DNA from: Nostoc punctiforme PCC 73102
GTDB taxonomy: Bacteria > Cyanobacteriota > Cyanobacteriia > Cyanobacteriales > Nostocaceae
Reading direction: 5' to 3'
Assembly: GCF_000020025.1 (NCBI RefSeq)
Contig: NC_010628.1
Location: 5,640,001-5,672,000, forward strand
DNA: 32,000 nucleotides
Part shown: piece by piece, positions 9,589-16,877 of the stretch
Layout: every line of letters starts with the position of its first letter
Position numbering within the stretch: the first letter of the stretch is position 1
Position numbers and translations under genes: made by a program
The notes under the pieces: generated by a model
What the model was told of the DNA's origin: nothing
Seen by the model: the letters and a program-made list of their open reading frames with translations, nothing else
Database searches by the model: none

Positions 9589-9856
9589 CTGTAGCAACTT
9601 CCGGTTTCCCTGTAGGAACTTCTGCCTTGACGTTTCCGTGTTTCGCGCAAGCTGTAGCAACTTCCGCCTTCCCTGTAGTGACTTCCGCCTTGACGTTTCC
9701 GTGTTTCGCGCAAGCTGTAGCAACTTCTGCCTTCCCTGTAGTGACTTCCGCCTTGACGTTTCCGTGTTTCGCGCAGGCTGTAGCAACTTCTGCCTTCCCT
9801 GTAGTGACTTCCGCTTTGACGTTTTCGTGTTTCGCGCAGGCTGTAGCAACTTCCGT
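9589..9856. repeat. 63-bp tandem repeat, 4 full copies plus a partial fifth
   Basis: Unit starts (CTGTAGCAACTTC) fall at 9589, 9652, 9715, 9778 and 9841, exactly 63 nt apart. Copies differ at only a few positions. Confidence 0.95.
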
Positions 9857-9955
9857 CATGACTGTAGCGACATTGGTTATGTCTGTAGCGATGTCGGTTG
9901 CCACATCACGATGAAAATTTTGAATATAGCGGTTTCCAATTGCATGGAATACAGA

Positions 9956-10040
9956 CCTAACCCCCAGCCCCTTCCCTTCAAGGGAAGGGGAGTAGGATTC
10001 AAAGCCTCTCTCCTAAAAGGAGAGAGGTTTGGAGAGAGGT
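9956..10040. repeat. Nostoc-type twin-hairpin dispersed repeat
   Basis: Two perfect 10-bp hairpins: CCCCTTCCCT/AGGGAAGGGG (9968-9990) and CCTCTCTCCT/AGGAGAGAGG (10005-10027). Confidence 0.7.
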
Positions 10041-10089
10041 CAAAAATGTACTGCACCCAAGCGAGAACCACTATAGGGTTGTTATATTA

Positions 10090-10299
10090 CTCTTCTTCTA
10101 GCAACTGTTCTATATATTTTTGTACTAAAGGCACTTGAAAAGCATTGCCTTCTTGAGTCAAGATTTCTTTTCGCGTTAGTTTGCGGATAACGCCTTTATC
10201 TTGCGGTGTGGGAGTTTCCCCGTGGATTATCCGGCGTAGCAGAGAGCGATCGCTATCTGTTAAACTCTTCCATAATTCCCGAAAATACTGAACGCCTAC
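10090..10299 (-). pseudogene. Out-of-frame C-terminal segment (winged-helix-like tail) of the adjacent ATPase gene
   Basis: Seventy codons are open with no start codon: VGVQYFRELWKSLTDSDRSLLRRIIHGETPTPQDKGVIRKLTRKEILTQEGNAFQVPLVQKYIEQLLEEE, with stop at 10087-10089. The segment is shifted by one nt relative to ORF 10296-12020 and abuts its stop. Confidence 0.55.
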
Positions 10300-12020
10300 C
10301 TAGATAACTCCTGCGAACCACTAAAAAGTAAAATCCACTGGCGTTGATGTTGCAGCAGATTACGGATAAAATTGAGTGGCGCACGGCTGCTTGTTGCCTT
10401 CACCACCTCACCCAGGCGTTCATATTCATCCAAACAGAGGAGAAATTGCTTACCGGAGTTGTTACGTTCTATTTCTGCTAACCAAGTTTGCAGCGCGGAA
10501 AATGGATCTTCAGCTAGTTTACTGGCATCTGGATTAGGCAAGTATACTTTGCGAGGTAATCGCCGTGCAGCTTCGATAATTTGTTGAGCTAAATTCTCAG
10601 CTAATCCTTTTAATGTTGTGGCTGATGGTGCTCCTTGTAAATCTACCAGCAAAGGTACAATATTTGCTTGTATTCTATAAAGGAGATATTTCAGCGCTGA
10701 AGTTTTCCTTGTCCTCCGCCCACCATAGAGTAACAACACTAGCGGTTGCTCAGAAAGTGTCAAAGATTCGATTTCCCGAAATATGTCAACTCGCCCTTTA
10801 AAACGATCCTTTGGTGTTTCGTAGTCTAGCGAGTTACCAGCAATATAAACTTGTCGAATTTCTTTTGATTGCTGTGCCTGTTCCTCTAAAGTGCACTGCG
10901 CCGTTTCTAATATAGTTAGCCAGCTTTGTGCAGTATTGCCAAAAGAGACAGCAACGCTAGCATCTTTTGTCAAAGCTAGACTTTGCCCCAGTTGGCGTAA
11001 TGCAGTGATGGGAATATTCAGTAACTCATATTTACGATGAGGTGAAGTTGCTTCCTCTGATGCCCGTACATTCTGACTAATATCCAAAAATTCGGGTAGT
11101 ACAACGCCAAGTTCCTTTGGCGGTGGTGAGGGAATCCACGCTAGTTGGTTGGCAATCTCCAGAATATCGGTCAACCTCTGACAACGATTGAGAATATCTA
11201 CAGCAATACCAGAAATTGCCTGTGCTGCAACTTTTTGCTGATTCGTGGATGTAATTAGATAATTAATAGTCTCACGGGCAGCATCTGGGTTCTTTCGATA
11301 AGCCTCTACAATCATCATATCCATGAAAGGCAGAGGCAAAATAATCAATTCATCGAAGCGAGGGGGCAGATATCGCAAACAATTTACTCGCTTTCCATTG
11401 GGAAACAATAAGAACAGGGTGAGTATCCACAGTAATTCTGGCAACCAGAAGTAAACCCGCAACACACCGAAAATCCATGCCACGACTAGCATCAAGGCGT
11501 TGCTCTCCATCAGCGATCGCAAATTGTCATAAAATCCATTATCGAATTTATCGGGATATTTCAAAAGGCTTTCAAAATCATCCAGACAGAGAACGGGTAG
11601 CTTTCGTTGCTGTTTCCATTCCTTAACCGCATCTGAAAAAGCTTGACGATTAAGCGGTTTAGTCTTCCAACAATTTTGCAGACTGCGTTGTTGCCATCCC
11701 TGAACATGACTGAGTAAACCTTCAGCTACAGCCTCATAGAAACCCGTTTCAGTTTGGCAATCTACACCCCGTAACGGTAGGTAAATTACCACATAACTAC
11801 TGCTGTTTAATACTCGCTGCTCCCAAGTCAGAACGAAATAATGCAGCAATGAAGATTTACCAATGTGCTTCTCACCAACTATATTTATACTTGTAGGCTG
11901 ATCGCCCTTCATCCGAGATGCGATCGCGTGTAATTCATCTTTACGACCGACAAACAGCCTGGGGTCTTCAATCATCCCCGCAGCGACAAAAGGATTGGCA
12001 GGCAGCGCTCCAGAAGTCAT
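10296..12020 (-). CDS. Two-module P-loop ATPase (AAA/STAND-like) with a central hydrophobic insert; possibly disrupted at the 3' end
   Basis: Module 1 has FVGRKDEL, Walker A GEKHIGKS and Walker B VLCLDDFE. Module 2 has FKGRVDIFREI, a deviant Walker A GGRRTRKTS and Walker B LLCLDEYE. The hydrophobic stretch between them is LMLVVAWIFGVLRVYFWLPELLWILTLFLLF. Confidence 0.7.
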   Translation of the reverse strand: MTSGALPANPFVAAGMIEDPRLFVGRKDELHAIASRMKGDQPTSINIVGEKHIGKSSLLHYFVLTWEQRVLNSSSYVVIYLPLRGVDCQTETGFYEAVAEGLLSHVQGWQQRSLQNCWKTKPLNRQAFSDAVKEWKQQRKLPVLCLDDFESLLKYPDKFDNGFYDNLRSLMESNALMLVVAWIFGVLRVYFWLPELLWILTLFLLFPNGKRVNCLRYLPPRFDELIILPLPFMDMMIVEAYRKNPDAARETINYLITSTNQQKVAAQAISGIAVDILNRCQRLTDILEIANQLAWIPSPPPKELGVVLPEFLDISQNVRASEEATSPHRKYELLNIPITALRQLGQSLALTKDASVAVSFGNTAQSWLTILETAQCTLEEQAQQSKEIRQVYIAGNSLDYETPKDRFKGRVDIFREIESLTLSEQPLVLLLYGGRRTRKTSALKYLLYRIQANIVPLLVDLQGAPSATTLKGLAENLAQQIIEAARRLPRKVYLPNPDASKLAEDPFSALQTWLAEIERNNSGKQFLLCLDEYERLGEVVKATSSRAPLNFIRNLLQHQRQWILLFSGSQELSR

Positions 12021-12181
12021 GTAAAGCGTTATCCTAGTTTCAGCAATTTAAGTGCAATCACCTAAAAGAATACCACTAGCCTGATAATGTCTTTGCGATC
12101 TAGTTCTTAGGTATGTGCTTTTGCCATATCATGAGAAGCCACAACGATTTATAACACCAGATATAAAACCAAATCATTTCT

Positions 12182-12319
12182 AGGACTTACGCAATAACTC
12201 TCTCAAACTCTTATTTCTTTGTGTCCTACCCTGCGGGAAGCCACTTCTCTACGAGACGCTCCGCGAACGTGTCTATGCGTCCTTTGCGGTTCGTTTTTTC
12301 ATTATTTTGCGTAAGTCCT
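12182..12319. repeat. MITE-like element with 13-bp perfect terminal inverted repeats
   Basis: AGGACTTACGCAA at 12182-12194 pairs with TTGCGTAAGTCCT at 12307-12319. The interior has Nostoc repeat motifs (CTACGAGACGCTCCGCGAACG). Confidence 0.55.
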
Positions 12320-12391
12320 GATTTCAATCTGCGATGCGTAAATCTGAATTTTGTGTGTGGGCTGCTTTGAGTAAAGACTACAGTTACAACA

Positions 12392-13183
12392 ATGAGACTC
12401 AAAATCTTAGAGCAAACTTCAACATTACTGAAACTACAACTCAAGCCAGCAGCCATCCTCTACTGGTTCTTTGGCGGACTCTTTGTAGCAGGAGGCGTTT
12501 TGTTGATAACGACACTGGCAAAGACAACTACTTTTACTTGTAATCGGTTTGAACCCACTCAACAAAGTTGCCAATTAATCACCAAAAGTATTTTAAAATC
12601 TCAAGTTAAAAATTGGAAACTCAAAGAGGTGCTAAGTGCAAAACTAGACACTAGTACGACTGGTGCTGGGAATAGTTATCCCTTGCTACTTCTGACAAGA
12701 GATGGTTCAATTTCCATAGATTTAGTAAATGCAAACAGCACTCAGAAGAAATCTAAGGCTGCACAAATTAATGCCTTTCTTAAAAACTCACAAAAAGCAA
12801 AGTTAACGATTTATGAAGATAGTCGTTTGTGGACTTATCCTCTAGGTTTATTTTTGATTGCAAGTGGCGCTGTTTGCATTATTTATATGCTGATGAATAA
12901 CATAATTATTTGCATTTTCGATAAAACCCTTGACAAAGCAACTATTAAACGTGAAGGTTGGTTTTCTAAAAAAGTAGTTGAAGCTAAACTTTCAGAAATA
13001 TCAGGTCTGAATATGGATGCAGTCGCAATTGACACAGTAACAGGCACAAATTCGACCAGTTACAATATCGTCTTAAACTCGGTATCTGACAAGAATATTT
13101 ATTTGGCTGCTGGCCCAATGTTTACTGCTAAAAGTGCAGAACAGACCGTTGATGCGATCGCCACTTTCTTGAAACTAGATTAA
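12392..13183 (+). CDS. Hypothetical membrane protein with an internal duplication (TM helix + ~95-aa soluble module, twice)
   Basis: The TM segments are ILYWFFGGLFVAGGVLLITTL and LGLFLIASGAVCIIYMLM. The two halves align by eye (SYPLLLLTRDGSISIDL / SYNIVLNSVSDKNIYLA; KAAQINAFLK / AEQTVDAIATFLK). Confidence 0.6.
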   Translation: MRLKILEQTSTLLKLQLKPAAILYWFFGGLFVAGGVLLITTLAKTTTFTCNRFEPTQQSCQLITKSILKSQVKNWKLKEVLSAKLDTSTTGAGNSYPLLLLTRDGSISIDLVNANSTQKKSKAAQINAFLKNSQKAKLTIYEDSRLWTYPLGLFLIASGAVCIIYMLMNNIIICIFDKTLDKATIKREGWFSKKVVEAKLSEISGLNMDAVAIDTVTGTNSTSYNIVLNSVSDKNIYLAAGPMFTAKSAEQTVDAIATFLKLD

Positions 13184-13189
13184 CCTGAG

Positions 13190-13564
13190 AGCAACCCCTT
13201 TAGAACCTTACCTCCTGTCAGTGATTCTGGGGTGCATCCCTTGAGAGATGATGAATTAGTTTTGCTTAAAGAACTCAGAGAGATGTTGCTCTAGGGTAAA
13301 TATATTTTCGTTTCTGAACGCGGTGAGGTGATGTCCACTGATGCGGTGCGAAAGCTGATTGGGTGACTGGCGGCACAGGCTGATCTTGATATCAAAGTTC
13401 ACTGTCACATGATGCGCCATGTCTGCGATTATTATCTGGTGAATCAGGGTTATAACACCAGATAAATTCAAGACTTCCTGGGACACCGCGATATTAAACA
13501 TACTGAAAAATATACCAAGCTGAATGCTCGACGCTTCCTGAATTTTGATTGGGGTGATTTGTAA
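13190..13564 (+). pseudogene. Tyrosine recombinase/integrase remnant (C-terminal catalytic region only, three in-frame stops)
   Basis: A single frame reads ..HPLRDDELVLLKELREMLL*GKYIFVSERGEVMSTDAVRKLIG*LAAQADLDIKVHCHMMRHVCDYYLVNQGYNTR*IQDFLGHRDIKHTEKYTKLNARRF... The HxxR, GH and Y catalytic motifs are present. The stops are TAG 13292, TGA 13364 and TAA 13463. The N-terminal half is absent. Confidence 0.8.
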
Positions 13565-13949
13565 TATGTCGAGAAATTTTTTATCTAAAACAACAAATAT
13601 ATTCGTACAACCAAAAGTTGATTTAGTTAATCTAACTAAAGGCTAATTTAATCAAGTTTATAAATCTCTATAAATGTTAATTAAATTGTTTTGGAAAAGC
13701 TGACGATCAGAACAATTTTTTCAGGCGATTCTGTTACTTATGCGTTGATAGAAAGTGGAAAAGCCTGGCTTATGTTCAATATCTACTAATTTCAACAGTT
13801 AAACTATGGTAACTACAACAGCACCAAATCTGGCTCTTGTTGAGAAATAGACAGCGTGGGCACTTGGATGGATAATTAATCTAATTGCGGGTGAACTTGT
13901 ACCACCGTCTGGTGATGAACCTGGAATATTTCCAAATCCTGCTCAGGAG

Positions 13950-15080
13950 TTGGAAGATTTGCTCGCTCGCCGCATAGATTTTTACTTGGGGGAAAACTCG
14001 AAGCTTACAGAAGTTATTGGGAAGTGGAACCGGGTATGGGGGCCTTTTGTTTATCTGGCTCGGCCTCCGTTCAATAAATATGCAACTAATGCAATTTATG
14101 TGGCACAGCAAGGCAATAAGTACGTTATTGGTGTTGCTGGTACGAATCCTAAGTCTCTTCAGAACTGGTTGGTTGAAGATTTGTATGTTGCAGTACTAGC
14201 GGATTGGGCTGACTATGCTGAGAACGACCCACAGTTTCAACCCAAAATTTCTATGGGAACTAAGATAGGTCTGGACAATCTCTTGAGGCCACATCCAGGC
14301 TCGTCTACAACTATCATTGACTTTCTCACAGACCTGTTAAAAGAAGCGGACGAAAACATAGAGATTCTACTAACAGGTGCTAGTCTAGGTGGTGCATTGT
14401 CTCCTGTCCTAGCACTTGCTTTGCATGAGAAAAAATCAACATGGGATCCAAATAATCGAGCTACATTAAAGGTTGTTACATTTGCTGACCCTACACCAGA
14501 CAATTATTATTTTGCAGAACGCTATAGGCTGAAACTTGGCAACACAACAACGCGCATTTGGAATAGTCTCGATATTGTTCCCCATGCCTGGAAACCAGAA
14601 CTGCTGAGTCAAATTCCCAGCCTTTACGAGCCTCAAATCCCCTCTAACCCTCTTATTGAGAAATTCGTGAACATAGGTAAGTTGTTGTCAGTCGGAAGAT
14701 ATTATACCCACCTTGAGCGGCTAACCCCTCCATTAGAAGGTACGTTACGGCCTATAGAACAGACTCCAGAAACAAGTTCTAAGCAAGTAGAGCTAGATGT
14801 TCAGTTGTCCGCTCTAAAATCAGCACTGGCAAAAGAAAATGTGTCTGTGTCAGATATAGATATCAATGGACTCCTGCAATTCCTGGCACAGGCTAAACAG
14901 CAACATATAGACGCGTACTTCGATTTACTGAACTTTCCATCAGAAGTAACAAAGTTTATTGTAAATACTGAACAACTCCCGCCGGATTTAAGGCTTCAAG
15001 AGGAAGATCAACAAGAGGCTATCGAGAGCGTGATTAGTAAACTGTTGGAATACTCTGCGAACCCTGATGTAGATGAGTAA
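13950..15080 (+). CDS. Class 3 lipase family protein (alpha/beta hydrolase)
   Basis: The nucleophile elbow is LLTGASLGGAL (GxSxG). NSLDIVPHAW holds the Asp region and QQHIDAYF the His region. The track start is TTG 13950; the same frame is open upstream to TAG 13848 and to an ATG at 13806 (see findings). Confidence 0.7.
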   Translation: MEDLLARRIDFYLGENSKLTEVIGKWNRVWGPFVYLARPPFNKYATNAIYVAQQGNKYVIGVAGTNPKSLQNWLVEDLYVAVLADWADYAENDPQFQPKISMGTKIGLDNLLRPHPGSSTTIIDFLTDLLKEADENIEILLTGASLGGALSPVLALALHEKKSTWDPNNRATLKVVTFADPTPDNYYFAERYRLKLGNTTTRIWNSLDIVPHAWKPELLSQIPSLYEPQIPSNPLIEKFVNIGKLLSVGRYYTHLERLTPPLEGTLRPIEQTPETSSKQVELDVQLSALKSALAKENVSVSDIDINGLLQFLAQAKQQHIDAYFDLLNFPSEVTKFIVNTEQLPPDLRLQEEDQQEAIESVISKLLEYSANPDVDE

Positions 15081-15250
15081 CCCTTAAAAAACTATCACGT
15101 TGCATGAATTACCCCACAGAAAACTGCCAATGGAAGCAATGTTCTGTAATGGGCTAACCAGCAAGCCGATCACTTCAAATGGAAATTTGAGGCAGTGTAG
15201 TTAAGCCTTTTGTCCTCCTTGCCTTAAATAACAACTAACTTTTCTTTAAC

Positions 15251-15281
15251 CGACTTCTGAATTTTTAGGAGTCGTTTTTTT
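15251..15281 (+). terminator. Weak rho-independent terminator downstream of the lipase gene
   Basis: A 7-bp stem CGACTTC/GGAGTCG (one G.U pair) with a 10-nt loop is followed by T7 at 15275-15281. Confidence 0.45.
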
Positions 15282-15312
15282 CTCTTAATTTCCCCTTGCA
15301 AGCGTTCAGGTG

Positions 15313-15372
15313 TCACCGTGGTCAGGTAGCAGGATTATATATCGCTATAATCCTGCTAGCCGACCACGGTGA
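15313..15372. repeat. Long inverted repeat (27-nt arms, 25/27 paired, 6-nt loop)
   Basis: TCACCGTGGTCAGGTAGCAGGATTATA (15313-15339) pairs with TATAATCCTGCTAGCCGACCACGGTGA (15346-15372). Confidence 0.9.
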
Positions 15373-15821
15373 TGCCTATTTGCAGAAGATAGGAAAATAA
15401 TTAAAATCTCTGCCGAGACAAAGCAACGAGTAGTTCAGCTAGGCAGACTAATAAAAATTGCTGGAGGGCAGAAAGGCATAAATTTTTGCTCTTCAAAACT
15501 CCCTGAATATGCACGCGATATTTTAAAAGCAATTTGGGATATAGATAGTAACTGGAAGGATCGGCGCAGGTAATTTTTTTTGCTTGTATCGTCTAGCAGA
15601 GATTCCCATTCCCTACCAAAAAAGCGTAAGGGTTCATGTTCGAGCTGCGATGTCTAACGACAAGCCGCTTTGCGTCTACGCAGTCTTTGTTGAAACTCCA
15701 GTACTTGTTTAGGACAAGCACCAAAAGACGCATGATTCAGAAACGTCACAGTCGAGTCAAGCGACCATAAGTCTCTAATGGATAATCTAGAATCCAAAAT
15801 TTAAAATCCGAAATTGATAAA

Positions 15822-15893
<72 letters not shown>

Positions 15894-16037
15894 CCACTCA
15901 CGATTTATAATAGTAGGGCTAAAAATAAGATTTGGCAAGTACTTTCGCCAATATTTTTTTTAGAAACTTAATTTAGATAATTTTTGCAGCCAAAATCCAT
16001 TCAGGAACTTAAGCAGAGACTTTTAGATACTAAATAT

Positions 16038-16589
16038 CTACTGTAATCCCATTCGTAATTCAGCCAGACGCTGCCGCGCCTTAGCATCAATAGCATTAGC
16101 TAAAAACCTACTCTTAGATTGCTTGCGCGTATGATACTTTTGTCGCATCCGGCAGACGGTAGCTTCCACTTCCCCACAAAGTTGTTGTGCCGACAACCAT
16201 TCAGCTCCATACCCCTGTATCATCAACTGCTGTGCCCGGTCTGATGTAGCAACAATCACACGAGAAACCAAAGATTGGGCTATTTGGTGGCGAAAAGAAG
16301 CGCAAGATTTTTCAATATAAGTATCTGCTGTTTGCCCAAAATCAGTGTAATAAACAGATAAAAGCTCAGTAATAATTTCTTTATTACTAGAGCTATTCTG
16401 ATATTGGGCATCAAAAACTATCTGAGTTGTGTAACCTTGAAACGCACTATAACCAGTCATCGCTTCCACAAGTTCGCCCCGTGCAGCCTCTAGTCCAACG
16501 CTATCACGCGTTTTTTTAAGGCAAGGCCAAGCGCCTATTATATTGTAGCCGTCCACTAACAAAACGGCTTGGAGTAAGGAACGGGGCAT
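16038..16589 (-). CDS. NYN-domain (YacP/Rae1-like) predicted ribonuclease
   Basis: LLVDGYNIIGAWPCLKKTRD...LEAARGELVEAMTGYS...QIVFDAQ matches the YacP-like NYN pattern. Confidence 0.75.
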   Translation of the reverse strand: MPRSLLQAVLLVDGYNIIGAWPCLKKTRDSVGLEAARGELVEAMTGYSAFQGYTTQIVFDAQYQNSSSNKEIITELLSVYYTDFGQTADTYIEKSCASFRHQIAQSLVSRVIVATSDRAQQLMIQGYGAEWLSAQQLCGEVEATVCRMRQKYHTRKQSKSRFLANAIDAKARQRLAELRMGLQ

Positions 16590-16736
16590 GGTTTTTAATC
16601 ACAATTTTCTAGAGTTAACAAAATTCATTCATAAGTTTTATAATAATTGATGCATTGTCTGTAACACTATGCTACACAGAATAAAAAATACGGCAGCCTC
16701 ACAAAACTCAAACCTCAGATAGACGCACCAACTTAA

Positions 16737-16776
16737 AACGCGCCCTTGTTTAAAAGGCGCGTTACAGTTCTTTTTT
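16737..16776. terminator. Hairpin terminator between convergent or adjacent units (usable on either strand)
   Basis: An 8-bp GC-rich stem AACGCGCC/GGCGCGTT (16737-16744 / 16756-16763) is followed by a T-run on the + strand (16771-16776) and by TTTAAGTT on the - strand. Confidence 0.45.
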
Positions 16777-16820
16777 ATTAGTATTCAGGAGTACTAAGTA
16801 CAATGAATTTTACTTATTAA

Positions 16821-16876
16821 CTCAGCACTCATTACTCAGCACGGGCTAAACGCCCCGCTATCGCTAACAGCACTGA
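16821..16876. repeat. Dispersed repeat (related inverted copy at 28124-28180)
   Basis: CTCAGCACTCATTACTCAGCACGGGCTAAACGCCCCGCTATCGCTAACAGCACTGA. Its reverse complement shares CAGTGCTG..GTTAGCG.ATAGC..GTTTAGCCCGT.CTGAGT with 28124-28180. Confidence 0.65.
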
Positions 16877-16877
16877 A

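Noticed and set aside
9589-9856. Possible CRISPR array, because of regularly spaced repeats
   Set aside because: The whole 63-bp unit is repeated. There are no unique spacers between conserved repeats and no cas genes in the window, so this is a tandem minisatellite.
9536-10138. Four overlapping ORFs across the 63-bp array (9536-9904 -, 9562-9849 -, 9585-9914 +, 9638-10138 +) as genes
   Set aside because: Open frames on both strands follow from the stop-poor repeat unit. None has a recognisable motif or ribosome-binding site. This is kept only as an alternative in the minisatellite finding.
12226-12543. ORFs 12226-12456 (-) and 12334-12543 (+)
   Set aside because: The first lies across the MITE-like element. 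The second is out of frame within the start of the better-supported 12392-13183 gene.
13256-13501. 81-aa ORF on the - strand
   Set aside because: It is antisense to a clearly recognisable, though stop-interrupted, tyrosine-recombinase frame on the + strand.
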